A DNA stretch of 64,000 nt from an uncultured Alphaproteobacteria bacterium. Its GTDB lineage: Bacteria; Pseudomonadota; Alphaproteobacteria; Rhizobiales; Beijerinckiaceae. Below are positions 1 through 10,274 of this stretch, piece after piece. The notes under the pieces are model-generated. The model saw nothing but the letters and a program-made list of their open reading frames with translations. It ran no database searches and was not told where the DNA came from. Each line of letters starts with the position of its first letter. Position 1 is the stretch's first letter. The stretch lies in assembly GCA_963709655.1 (NCBI GenBank), contig CAVPXF010000015.1:4680-68679 (forward strand), given 5' to 3'. The position numbers and the translations under genes are program-made.

Positions 1-46
1 GCCAAGCAAAATGTGACGTTCCGGTCGTGAAACCGTCATGCTCGAT

Positions 47-100
47 CCCCCTCGCCCCGTTTACGGGGAGAGGGTGTCGCCGAAGGCGACGGGTGAGGGG
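47..100. repeat. Alphaproteobacterial palindromic intergenic repeat (CCCTC..GGGGAGAGGG..GAGGG family)
   Basis: Two nested hairpins; same family recurs at 145-340 (inverted), 2507, 17451, 25895, 28628, 44015, 56343. Confidence 0.75.
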
Positions 101-144
101 CTGCGCCGACGGTTGCGATTTGCGCCGGCGCTAACGTCGGAGGT

Positions 145-340
145 CGGCGCCGCCCCTCATCCGGCGCTTCGCGCCACCTTCTCCCCGCAAGCGGGGCGAA
201 GGGTTACGGCGCCGCCCCTCATCCGGCGCTTCGCGCCACCTTCTCCCCGCAAGCGGGGCGAAGGGTTACGGCGCCGCCCCTCATCCGGCGCTTCGCGCCA
301 CCTTCTCCCCGCAAGCGGGGCGAAGGGTTACGGCGCCGCC
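145..340. repeat. Tandem repeat, 3 exact copies of a 62-bp palindromic unit plus partial 4th
   Basis: CGGCGCCGCCCCTCATCCGGCGCTTCGCGCCACCTTCTCCCCGCAAGCGGGGCGAAGGGTTA starts at 145, 207, 269; partial at 331. Confidence 0.95.
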
Positions 341-409
341 GCCCTATGGCGAGGCCCGCATCCCATCTGTCCCCGCCTTTCTCGTCAATGGAACGACAGT
401 AGCAAATGT

Positions 410-688
410 TTGCAAAAAAGCGAATCCAGGCGTAGTCTCGTCTCCATGGCCCAGGACACCGCCCCGCCTTCCGCCCTGATCCGCACCGCTTTTTCGACGA
501 CGCGCCCGAGCGACCGGCGCCAAATTCGCGTTTTTTTTTCGCAAACATCGCCGTAAGCCTCTGAAAACGCTCGAAACACGGGTGAAAAAGAGGCCTCATT
601 CGGGCGCTGAACGCGTGCTGAACGCATGCCGAACGCGTGCTGAACGCTATCCGAACGGCGCCGAACGGCGCCCGAACCGGCGTCGAAC
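410..688 (+). mobile_element. Dispersed promoter-bearing element, copy 1 (promoter, leaderless 36-aa ORF 446-556, 26-bp motif 552-577, GAAC array 609-688)
   Basis: TTGCAA(410-415)-17bp-TAGTCT(433-438)-7bp-ATG(446); same architecture as 26000-26372 and 55809-56168; mobility is inferred. Confidence 0.5.
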
Positions 689-710
689 GACCGGTCACGG
701 GGCTTTGAGG

Positions 711-1835
711 CTAGCCGCGAAAGTGCTTCGACAGCTTCAGCCCCTGATGCTGGTAGTTCGAGGTTTTCCCCGCCCCATAGAGCTCGTCGGCGGCGTCGGC
801 GAGGTCCTCGAACACCAGCCGGCCGACCGGCTGGCCGTCCTCGAGCAGGAACGGCACGTCGCGCGAGCGCACCTCGAGCACGGCGCGGGCGGCCGGGCGC
901 CCGTCCGCCCCCTGGCCGAAGCCCGGATCGAAGAAGCCGGCGTAATGGACGCGGAACTCGCCGATCGCCGGGTCGATCGGGGCCATCTCGGCGGCGAGGT
1001 CGGCCGGAATCTGCATCTGCTCGCGAGAGGCCAGGATGTAGAACTCGTCGGGGTCGAGCACCAGCCTGCGGTCGGCGCGGGCGAGGATCGGCTCCCAGAA
1101 GTCGGCCGCGGCGTAGCCGGCCGCCCGGTCGACGTCGATGACGTCGCTGTTCTTGATGGCGCGATAGCCGACCACTTCGCCCTGCGCGCCGGCGAGCCCG
1201 ACATGGACGATCAGGCCGTCGCGCAGCGCGAGCGGCCGGTCGACCAGGGCCATGGCCTCGTGGCGGGCGCGTAGCGCCTCGGCGTCGAGGACGAGCGCCC
1301 CGCCGTCGCGGAAGCGCAACTGGTTCAGCCGCGTGCCCTCGCGCACGCGCACGGAAAAACTGCGCGGCGAGATCTCCGCCCAGAGCGGCCCGGCGTAGCT
1401 CTCCGGCACGGCGTCGAAGGCGTCGGACCCGTCGACGATCAGGCGGGTGAAAATGTCGAGCCGTCCGGTCGAGCTCTTCGGATTGGCCGCCCCCGAGACG
1501 CCGGCCGGCAAGGCGAGGCGCTCGATCAGCGGCGCAATATAGACGATGCCCTTCTCGAGGACCGCGCCATCGCCTTGAAGCGACACCCTTTCCGGGTTGA
1601 GACTCCTGAGCCGTTCGAGCACCCCCGCCCCCTGCCCCGGCAGGAAGCTGGCGCGGACGCGATAGGCCTCGCCGCTGAGGCGCAGGTCGAGGCTCGCCGG
1701 CTGCAATTGGGTCGGCTCGATCGGCGCGGCCGCAGCGACCGCCCCGGTGTGGACAAGCGCGAGGATCCGCTGGCGGGCCAGTAGGCCCGCCGGGCGGGAC
1801 AGCGGAGGCGTCGCGGGCTCATGGTCAGGGGTCAT
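711..1835 (-). CDS. dcd: dCTP deaminase (long alphaproteobacterial type)
   Basis: QPASLDLRL, ANPKSSTGRLDIFTR, GEFRVHYAGFFDPGFG, SNYQHQGLKLSKHF motifs; start taken at MTPDHE. Confidence 0.9.
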   Translation of the reverse strand: MTPDHEPATPPLSRPAGLLARQRILALVHTGAVAAAAPIEPTQLQPASLDLRLSGEAYRVRASFLPGQGAGVLERLRSLNPERVSLQGDGAVLEKGIVYIAPLIERLALPAGVSGAANPKSSTGRLDIFTRLIVDGSDAFDAVPESYAGPLWAEISPRSFSVRVREGTRLNQLRFRDGGALVLDAEALRARHEAMALVDRPLALRDGLIVHVGLAGAQGEVVGYRAIKNSDVIDVDRAAGYAAADFWEPILARADRRLVLDPDEFYILASREQMQIPADLAAEMAPIDPAIGEFRVHYAGFFDPGFGQGADGRPAARAVLEVRSRDVPFLLEDGQPVGRLVFEDLADAADELYGAGKTSNYQHQGLKLSKHFRG

Positions 1836-2042
1836 CCCGACAGGCCTTACAGTCAATTGCGCATTGCGGGAAGGCGGCCGCGGCGGCTTCGTTGGCGGCC
1901 TGGGCGGCCCGGCCGCCTTTTCGCGGGAAGAAGGCTTGTCTCGCGCGAGGAGAGCCTGGCGCAAGCCAGACCGCGCAGCATTTTGAGTCGCGCTACCGCA
2001 TTTTTATCGCGATATCTTGGTGCATTACGGCCCGGTGTCGAC

Positions 2043-2459
2043 ATGCAAAAGGAAAGCCCCGCAGACGTTCGGATCGCCCGCATCATCGCCGGGCTTCTCC
2101 TCCTGCAAATCTCGCGCATCGGACGCAAAGCCGATCGGAATCCGGCCACGGCCTGCGACGATTTCTCGGTCGGCTATGTCTTCGGCTTTGTCGACGTCAT
2201 GACGCAGCGGGCCGGCATCGCCAGCTGGGACGACGCCTATCGGATCTTCGTCGTCCTCGCCAAGGCGCTGTTCGGCCGCGAGACCGCGGAGATCTTCTGC
2301 GAGCGGCTTTTCGATCGCCAGCATTCTCCGGAGGCCATTTGGGGCGCCTCGACCGGACGGAGAGATTCCCGGTCGTGGCTCAGGGACCCGACGATCGCTC
2401 CGGTCGGCTGGTGTCAATATTATCGCAGCGACTCGGCCGAGAGCGTCGGCCCGCCGTAA
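2043..2459 (+). CDS. Hypothetical protein (138 aa)
   Basis: ORF with normal globular composition (FSVGYVFGFVD), divergent from dcd. Confidence 0.6.
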   Translation: MQKESPADVRIARIIAGLLLLQISRIGRKADRNPATACDDFSVGYVFGFVDVMTQRAGIASWDDAYRIFVVLAKALFGRETAEIFCERLFDRQHSPEAIWGASTGRRDSRSWLRDPTIAPVGWCQYYRSDSAESVGPP

Positions 2460-2506
2460 AATGGCGGCCTGAGGTTGCGAGTTGACGCATTGCGGGCGTT
2501 GCGGCT

Positions 2507-2599
2507 CCCCCTTCTCCCGTCGGGAGAAGAGCCTGCCCTCGGGCTTGACCAGAGGGTGGCGCGGCCCCCGGACCTGATCCGGGGGGGCCGGATGAGGGG
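2507..2599. repeat. Palindromic intergenic repeat (CCCTTCTCCC..GGGAGAAG..GGATGAGGG family)
   Basis: Nested hairpins between convergent genes. Confidence 0.65.
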
Positions 2600-2622
2600 A
2601 CCCGCGCCCCGGCTGAGGATCC

Positions 2623-3633
2623 TCAGCCGGCCGGCTTCGCGACGGCGGCCTCGGCGATGATCTCGAAGGACCTGAGCCGCGTCGGATGGTCGTAGACGTC
2701 CGAGACGACAATGAGCTCGTCGGCCCCGGTCTCGGCGACAAGCGCCTCGAGCCCCTCGCGCACCGTCTCCGGCGAACCGACGATGGAGCGGGCGAGCATC
2801 CGCATCGCCTGGGCCTTCTCGGCCGGCGACCAGTAGCTCTCGATGTCGTCGATCGGCGGTTGGCTTAAAGACCGCGCGCCGCGGAAGATGTTGGCGAACG
2901 CCATCTGCTGGGTGGTCGCGAGGCGGCGCGCCTCAGCGTCCGTCGCGGCGGCGATGACGTTGACCCCGACCATGGCGGTGGGACGGTCGAGCTGATCCGA
3001 CGGCTTGAACCGGCTACGGTAGATCGCCAGGGCCGGGATGAGCTCGTCCGGAGCGAAATGGGAGGCGAACGCGTAAGGCAGCCCCAATTCGGCGGCGAGC
3101 ATGGCGCCGAAATGGCTCGAGCCCAGGATCCAGAGCGGCACTTCGGTTCCCGCCGCCGGGACCGCCTGAATCCGCTGCCCCGGGGCGGCCGGCGCCAGGA
3201 ACGCCTGCAGTTCGAGCACGTCCTGCGGAAAATGGTCCGCCGATTCGGGCGCGCGGCGCAGGGCGCGCAGCGTGAGCTGATCGGTTCCCGGGGCGCGGCC
3301 GAGCCCGAGATCGACGCGGCCGGGAAAGAGGCGCGCAAGCGTTCCGAACTGCTCGGCGATCACATAGGGCGCGTGGTTCGGCAGCATGATCCCGCCGGCG
3401 CCGACGCGGATCGTCTCCGTCGCCGCGGCAAGGTGGGCGAGGACCACAGAGGTGGCGGCGCTGGCGATGCCCGGCATGTTGTGGTGCTCGGCCACCCAGA
3501 TGCGGCGATAGCCCCAGCGCTCGGCGTGGACGGCAAGGTCGCGCGCGTTCATGAGCGCTCCGCGCGCGTCGACCTCCTGCGTCACGCGCACGAGTTCGAG
3601 GATGGAGAGCGGGATCTGAGGCCGGTTGGTCAT
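2623..3633 (-). CDS. LLM class flavin-dependent oxidoreductase (luciferase-like)
   Basis: [38 protein letters not shown] motifs. Confidence 0.9.
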   Translation of the reverse strand: MTNRPQIPLSILELVRVTQEVDARGALMNARDLAVHAERWGYRRIWVAEHHNMPGIASAATSVVLAHLAAATETIRVGAGGIMLPNHAPYVIAEQFGTLARLFPGRVDLGLGRAPGTDQLTLRALRRAPESADHFPQDVLELQAFLAPAAPGQRIQAVPAAGTEVPLWILGSSHFGAMLAAELGLPYAFASHFAPDELIPALAIYRSRFKPSDQLDRPTAMVGVNVIAAATDAEARRLATTQQMAFANIFRGARSLSQPPIDDIESYWSPAEKAQAMRMLARSIVGSPETVREGLEALVAETGADELIVVSDVYDHPTRLRSFEIIAEAAVAKPAG

Positions 3634-4371
3634 AAAGCGATCAAGCCGCCTCCGGGCGCGGGCCGGGCGCGCTGGTTATAGAGCAGCTTTGTCCGCCGAT
3701 CCTTCTCTTCCTGCGGCAGGCTGTCGATGTCTTCCGCCGGACCGGCGGTGACGGCGAGCCCGCGCTGCACGGCCGGACGGGCGCTGAGTTCGTCGAACCA
3801 GCGCTTGAAATACTTGAACTCGGAAATGTCCTGGCCCTGCCCTTGCCAGTTCACCGTCCACGGGTAGCTGATCATGTCGGCGATGGTGTAGTCGTCGCCG
3901 GCGATGTAGCGGCGGTCGTAGAGCCGAGCGTTGAGGACGCCGTAGAGGCGGTTCACTTCGTCGGTGAAGCGGCGGACGGCGTAGGACTGGTCGCCCTGCT
4001 TGTCGCCGAGACGGCGGAAATGCCCGCATTCGCCGGACTTCGGCCCCTGATTGGCCATCTGCCAGATCACCCACTGGTTGACCTCGGTGCGGCGGCGCAG
4101 CTCCTGCGGATAGAAGCGCCCGGCCTTCTCGGCGAGATACATCATGATCGCGCCCGAACTCGAACACGGCGATCGGCGCGCCGCCGTCAGCCGGCGCGTC
4201 GTCGACCATCGCCGGCATGCGGTTGTTCGGGCCGATCTTCAGGAATGCGTCGGTGAACTGGTCGCCCTTGCCGATGTTCACCGGCACGATCGTGTAGGGC
4301 ATGCCGAGCTCTTCGAGCAGGATGGTGACCTTCTTGCCGTTCGGGGTCGGCCAGTAGTGCAGGTGGATCAT
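3630..4371 (-). CDS. Glutathione S-transferase (YfcG/Ure2-like), +1 frameshift near 4157
   Basis: N-half [18 protein letters not shown] in one frame, C-half ([24 protein letters not shown]) in another; removing one base restores VFESGAI. Confidence 0.85.
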
Positions 4372-4436
4372 GACGGACTCCTAGGTGGACCGCTTAGCGC
4401 GCGGACATGAAGACGCGGGGAGAACCGCTCCTGCGT

Positions 4437-5585
4437 CTAAAGCTTCGGCTTCTCCTCATCGGACGGCAAGGCCTGGACCGGCGAGCCCGGCCCGATCTTC
4501 TGCAGATTGCCGACAATGATCCGATCGCCCGGGCTGAGGCCCTTGACCACGCTCACGAGCGGTCCGGCGCTCGGCCCTAATGTGAGAAGACGCATCTCCG
4601 CCTTGCCGCCTGCGCCAACGACATAGACGTATTTCCCCATCTGGCTCGAGCCCAGCGCCGCCTGAGGCGCCATGAGCGCGTCGGGCTCGTCCCTGATGTG
4701 CAGACGCACCCGCACATATTGCCCCGGCAGCAGGGCGAAATCAGGGTTGGCGATCGTTACGCGCGCGGCGATCGTGCCGGTGGCCTTGTCGACGGAATTG
4801 TCGAGGAAGGTCAGGTCGCCCTTGCGAACGGCGTCGGGCTTGTCGGACAGGGAAATCTCCGCCTCCACCTTGCCGGCGGCGCGCGCTTGAGCGATTCGGC
4901 CGAGATCGGATTCGCTCGGGCTGAAGGAGACGTAGATCGGGTCGAGCTCGACGAGTGTATTCAGCGGCCCGGTCAAGGGGCCGACGAGCGCCCCTTTCGC
5001 CGCCTGATTGCGGCCGAGCCGGCCTGCGAAAGGCGCACGGATTTCGGTATAGTTCAGATTTAGCCGCGCCGCCGCGATGGCCGCGCGATCGACCGCGAGC
5101 GCCGCCTCGGCCTGACGCATGGCGCTCGACCTCTGGTCGAAGACATCCTTCGTCACATAGCCGCTCTTCACCAGTTCCTCGCCCCGCCCGAAATTGGCCT
5201 TGGCGTAGTCGAGCGAGGCGGCGTCGCGCTGCGCCTGCGCCTCGGCCTCGTCGAGCGCCGCCTGCAGATCGCGGGGATCGATCCTGTAGAGGAGGTCGCC
5301 GCTCTTGACGTCCGATCCGTCCGCGACGGGCTGGGCCTCGATGTAGCCGGAGACCCGCGCTTGCAGGGCGATGCTGCGGATCGATTCGAGCCGCCCCGGA
5401 TAATCGAGGTAGATCGGCAGGGTCGTCTTGACGACCGGCGCCACCGGGACCGGCATCGCCATCATCGCGGGGGCGGGCGCCGAGGCCTTCGCGCCGCCGA
5501 AGTAGTGACCCGCGATATGGACGCCGGCGATTCCGGCCGCGCCGAGCGCGACGAGCGAGGCCAGGGTTGCCGTCAGGATGCGCAT
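4437..5585 (-). CDS. RND efflux periplasmic adaptor (MFP)
   Basis: ARVSGYI, GDLLYRIDP, YTEIRAPFAG, DNSVDKATGTI, LLPGQYVRV; start MRILTATL. Confidence 0.9.
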   Translation of the reverse strand: MRILTATLASLVALGAAGIAGVHIAGHYFGGAKASAPAPAMMAMPVPVAPVVKTTLPIYLDYPGRLESIRSIALQARVSGYIEAQPVADGSDVKSGDLLYRIDPRDLQAALDEAEAQAQRDAASLDYAKANFGRGEELVKSGYVTKDVFDQRSSAMRQAEAALAVDRAAIAAARLNLNYTEIRAPFAGRLGRNQAAKGALVGPLTGPLNTLVELDPIYVSFSPSESDLGRIAQARAAGKVEAEISLSDKPDAVRKGDLTFLDNSVDKATGTIAARVTIANPDFALLPGQYVRVRLHIRDEPDALMAPQAALGSSQMGKYVYVVGAGGKAEMRLLTLGPSAGPLVSVVKGLSPGDRIIVGNLQKIGPGSPVQALPSDEEKPKL

Positions 5586-5601
5586 GAAGGACCTCCAGCA
5601 A

Positions 5602-8600
5602 TCATTCGGCCGCCTCGGGCTGCGGGCCGAAATGCGGCGCGGCCCGGGACGCCGCCGCCGCAGCGACCCGGCCTTCACGCGCCCGCTCGATGAGCGCGTA
5701 GAAGACCGGCACGAAGATGAGAGTGAGCGCCGTCGCGGCGACCATGCCGCCGAAGACTGTGGTGCCCAGCGACTGTCGGCTGGCCGCGCCGGCGCCGGCG
5801 GCGAACATCAGCGGGATGACGCCGAAGATGAAGGCGAAGGCGGTCATCAGGATCGGCCGCAGCCGCAGCCGTCCGGCCTCCATCGCCGCTTCGACCACGC
5901 TCAAGCCCTCTTCGCGCCGCCGCCTGGCGAATTCGACGATAAGGATCGCGTTTTTCGCCGCGAGGCCGATCAGCATGACAAAGCCGATCTGCGAATAGAC
6001 GTCGATCTGCATGCTCCGCACCCAGAGCGCGCCGAGCGCGCCGACGAGCGCCAGCGGCGCGGACGAAAGCACCATGAACGGCATTGTCCAGCTCTCGTAT
6101 TGCGCGGCGAGGATCAGGAAGACGAAAACGATCGCGAGCGCGAGCACGACCGTCGCGATCGATCCCGCGCTGAGCTCCTGATAGGTCACGCCGGTCCATT
6201 CGTAGCCGAAGTCGCGCGGCAGCGTTGCCGCGGCGGCGCGCTGCATCGCCACGACCGCCTGGCTCGAGCTGAAGCCCGGCGCCGGGCGCCGTTAATCAGC
6301 GCCGAGGCGTAATTGTTGTAGTGCGGAACGGTCTCCGGCCCGACGATCGGCTTGAGCGTGCCGAGCGCGCTAAGCGGAACCACGCCCCCTGTCGCGTTGC
6401 GCACATAGAGCTTGTTGAGGTCGGAGGCCGACGCGCGCGCCGCGGTGTCGGCCTGCAGCGTCACGCGGAACGTATGGCCGAACAGGTTGAAGTCGTTCAC
6501 GTAGAGCGAACCGAGGTCGATCTGCAGCGTGTTGAAGATGTCGGGCAGGCTGAGGCCCAGGAGCTTCGCCTTCGTGCGGTCGAGATCGTAAAAGAGCTGC
6601 GGCGTCGACGCCGAGAACGAGGTGAACAGCGACTGCGGATTGAGCTCCGGCTGCTTGCGCGCCGCGGCGATCAGCGCCTGGGTGGCGTCGTTCAGAGCCG
6701 CGCTGCCCTTGCCGGCGAGATCCTCGACTTCGAACTCAAATCCGCCGGTCGTGCCAAGTCCGTTGACGGATGGCGGATCGAAGCTGAGCGCGAAGGCCTC
6801 GGGGATACCGAGAAGCTTCGGTCGCACCTGAGCGACGAGGGCCGAGGCGCTCTCTTGCGGGCCCCGCTCCGCCCAGGGTTTCAGGATCGCAAACTCCACC
6901 GCGGAATTCGACTGCGCGGCGTTGGTGAGAAAATTGAGCCCGCTGATGAAGCCGGCGATTTCGACGCCCGGCGTGGCCTGAAGGATATCGCGCACTTTCT
7001 GCGCGACCGCATCGGTGCGCTCCAGCGACGCGCCGTCCGGGCCCTGGACGACGACAAAGAAGTAGCCCTGGTCCTCGACCGGCAGGAAGGTGGTCGAGAC
7101 CTGCCGCGAGAGGCCATAAGCGGCGGCGACAATCAGGACGAAGACGCCGACGAGGGCCCAGCCGAAGCGGATGAATTGTCTCACCGACCGGGCGTAGGCG
7201 TGCGACAGCCAGTCAAAGCCCCAGTTGAACCAGCGGAAGAGGATGAACGACCCTTTCGGCCCATGACGCAGCATGGCCGCGCTCAACGCCGGACTGAGAG
7301 TGAGCGAGTTGAAGGCGGAAATGCCGACCGAAATCGCGACGGTCAGCGCGAACTGGTTGTAGAGTCGTCCCGCGACCCCGGGAATGAAGGCGACCGGCAC
7401 GAACACCGCCATCAGCACCGCGGTCGTGGCGATGATCGGCCCCGTCACTTCCGCCATCGCCGTCTTCGCGGCGACGAGGGGCGGCAGTCCGGCCTCGAGC
7501 TGGCGTTCGACGTTCTCGACGACGACGATCGCGTCGTCGACAACCAGGCCGATGGCGAGCACCATGCCGAGCAGGCTCAGCATGTTGAGCGAGAAGCCGA
7601 ACGCCTGCATCACCGCGAGCGTGGCGATGAGCGAGACGGGAATCGCGATCATCGGGATGATCGTGGTCCGCCAGCTCTGCAGAAAGACGAACACTACGAA
7701 CACGACAAGCGCGAGCGCCTCAAAGAGCGTGACGACGACGTCGTGCATGGCGGCCGACACGAAGCGGGTCGTGTCGTAATGCATCGCGTAGGCGATCCCG
7801 CGCGGGAAACGCGTCGCGAGCTCGTCCATCTTCTCCTTGACCCGGCGCTCGAGATCGAGCGCATTCGAGCCGGGCATCTGGAAGATCGCCATCACGACCG
7901 TCGGGTCCTTGCCGAAATAGGCGGATGACGAATATTGCAGCGCGCCGAGCTCGACGCGCGCGACGTCGCGCAAGCGCACGACGGCGCCGCCGGAGGGGTC
8001 GGCGCGAACGATGATGTTCGAGAATTCCTCCGGGTCGCTGAGCCGCCCCGCAGCGTTGACCTGCAGCTCGAACGGCGTTCCCGGCGGCGCAGGCGACTGG
8101 CCGATCTTGCCCGCGGCGACCTGGACGTTCTGCTCGGCGATGGCGTTCTGAACATCGACGGCGGTCACGCCGAGGTTGGCGAGCTTGTCAGGATCGAGCC
8201 AGACGCGCATCGAATAGCGGCGTTCGCCAAACATCTGAACGTCGCCGACGCCGGGCAGCCGCTTCAGCTGGTCGACGATCTGCAGATAGGCGTAATTCGA
8301 CAGCGTCACCGAGTTCGACGGAACGGTCGGGCGAGGTCAGGTTGACGATCAGGACAAAATTCGGGTTCTGTTTCTTGATTGTCACGCCGCCCTGATTGAC
8401 GATCGCCGGAAGGGACGAAGCCGCCTGCGAAACGCGGTTCTGGACGTCGACGGCGGCGATATTTAGTGGATAACCGACATTGAAAGTGACTGTGATCGTC
8501 GAGGAGCCGTCATTGGAGCTCGACGAGGACATGTAGGTCATGCCCTCGACGCCATTGATTTGCTCCTCGAGCGGCGTCGTGACGGTGTCCGCCACGACCT

Positions 8601-8763
8601 GGGCGCTGGCGCCAGGATAGTTCGCGCTGACGACGACCTGCGGCGGCGTGATCTCCGGAAATTGCGAGACCGGCAGTGTGAAAAGACATATCGCGCCGGC
8701 GAGCACCATGATCGCGGCGATCGCCGAGGCGAAGATCGGACGTTGGATGAAGAAGCCGACCAT
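5602..8763 (-). CDS. RND efflux permease (HAE1/AcrB-like), two frameshifts (~8314 and ~6285)
   Basis: FFIQRPIFA, AIGLVVDDAIVVVENVER, GLAAKNAILIVEFA, RLRPILMT across three frames; single-base fixes restore one ~1050-aa ORF. Confidence 0.9.
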
Positions 8764-8787
8764 CAGCCCAGCGTCACCGATGCGAGA

Positions 8788-9072
8788 TCAGCAGCAAAGC
8801 GCCGAGCCGCACGGGTCCGCCGGAGACATGGGACGGCCTCGCGTCTGCCCGATTGCCGCGCGCGGCGCCAGGCGCCGTTCGATCGGCGGATTGGCGACCA
8901 GCGCGCCCACGGGTCTCAGGTCGCTCTCGCCCCGCGCGGCGGCGATCCGACCGGCCGCGACCTCGAGCAACGTCCTCAAGGCTTGCGGCTCGACGTTGTC
9001 GGCCCGCATGACCGCCTGGACCAGCAAATCGCCAAGGAGTTCGTCGACGGTCGGCGTGTGGCGCTTGAGCAT
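8788..9072 (-). CDS. Hypothetical small protein upstream of RND operon
   Basis: 94-aa ORF (TVDELLGDLLVQAVMRADNV), preceded by AAGGA. Confidence 0.6.
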   Translation of the reverse strand: MLKRHTPTVDELLGDLLVQAVMRADNVEPQALRTLLEVAAGRIAAARGESDLRPVGALVANPPIERRLAPRAAIGQTRGRPMSPADPCGSALCC

Positions 9073-9134
9073 GGCGCGTCCTTTCGGCGTTGCGATAAAC
9101 GGTCCCGCTCGGGCGGACTGGCCGTCGGCTCGTG

Positions 9135-9207
9135 TTGACTTCCGGCGCGAGAGGGTGTTACCGATCGGTAACGATCCCTAGATACCGATCGGTAACATCG
9201 CAGTCAA
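9135..9207. promoter_or_regulatory. Divergent promoters with two TetR-type operators
   Basis: Perfect palindrome GTTACCGATCGGTAAC 9157-9172 and GATACCGATCGGTAAC 9181-9196, flanked by TTGACT on each strand (9135-9140, 9202-9207). Confidence 0.8.
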
Positions 9208-9212
9208 GAGCC

Positions 9213-9872
9213 ATGGCGAAGGAAGTTTCAAAACGCGAGCGCAGCGAGGCCGGCCAAGAGCCGCTCCGCGAAAGACAAGAGCCGCCGCGCGAAAGAATCG
9301 TCGCCTGCGCGCAGGATCTCTTTCACCGCCATGGCATCCGCGGCGTCGGGGTCGAAACGATCGCGGAGGCGGCGGGCACCAACAAGATGACCCTCTACCG
9401 CCATTTCGGCTCGAAAGACGATCTGATCCTCGAGTATCTCAACTACAAGGGTCGAAAGGCCGACGAGATATGGGCCAAGATCGAATCCGCGAGTCCCGGC
9501 GATCCGGTCGGCCAGCTTTACGGCTATATCGGACAGGCGGCGAATTTCATCGCCAGTGACGAGCGCGGCTGTGATCTGGCGAATGCCGCGGTCGAGCTCA
9601 CCGAGGCGGGCCACCCCGCGCTGAAGGTCATCGAGGAATTCAAGGTCCGTCAGCGCGACCGTCTCGCGACGCTTTGTGCGGCGGCCGGCGCCGCGCAGCC
9701 GGACCTGCTCGCCGACACAATCGTCCTTCTCATTGAAGGCGCCCGGGTCAGCCGCCGCAGCGTTGGAACCGAAGGGCCCAGCGCCAATCTCCTGCGCACG
9801 AGCGAAGCCGTGATCGCGTCATTCGGCGTGCGGCCGCAGGCGAATGGGGCAGTGGGGAGGCCTCCGGAATGA
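9213..9872 (+). CDS. TetR/AcrR family regulator
   Basis: LFHRHGIRGVGVETIAEAAGTNKMTLYRHFGSKDDL HTH; RGC..NAAVE. Confidence 0.92.
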   Translation: MAKEVSKRERSEAGQEPLRERQEPPRERIVACAQDLFHRHGIRGVGVETIAEAAGTNKMTLYRHFGSKDDLILEYLNYKGRKADEIWAKIESASPGDPVGQLYGYIGQAANFIASDERGCDLANAAVELTEAGHPALKVIEEFKVRQRDRLATLCAAAGAAQPDLLADTIVLLIEGARVSRRSVGTEGPSANLLRTSEAVIASFGVRPQANGAVGRPPE

Positions 9873-10267
9873 CGGAATGGACGCGCCAGGCGGTGTCCTC
9901 CGGGTCGCCGCTCGAAGCCAAAATCGGCTTTGCCCGCGCGGTCCGGGTCGGCCCGTTCGTTTCCGTGGCCGGGACGGCGCCGATCGGCCCGGACGGGCGC
10001 GCCGCGTATGTCGGCGATGTCTACGGGCAGTCCCGGCTCTGCCTCGACATCATCGGCCGCGCGCTCGCGGACTGCGGCGCCCGCTTCGAGGACGTGACGC
10101 GCACGCGCATCCTTTTGACGGACATCGCGAACTGGGAACACGCGGCGCGCACCCACGGTGAAGTCTTCGGCGCGATCCGGCCCGTGCGCACCGTCGTCGA
10201 GATCAGCCGGTTCGTCGATCCGGACTGGCTGGTCGAGCTGGAGGCGGACGCAATCGTTCAGGGATGA
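9869..10267 (+). CDS. RidA family protein
   Basis: IGFARAVRVG, DVTRTRI, PDWLVELEADA; ATGA overlap with TetR. Confidence 0.88.
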   Translation: MTEWTRQAVSSGSPLEAKIGFARAVRVGPFVSVAGTAPIGPDGRAAYVGDVYGQSRLCLDIIGRALADCGARFEDVTRTRILLTDIANWEHAARTHGEVFGAIRPVRTVVEISRFVDPDWLVELEADAIVQG

Positions 10268-10274
10268 CGGCGCC

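Noticed and set aside
145-340. 62-bp tandem repeat as CRISPR
   Set aside because: The period is CRISPR-like but the units are fully identical, with no spacers.
5602-8763. Programmed frameshifting or a split RND transporter
   Set aside because: No slippery sites; single-base fixes restore a canonical full-length permease.
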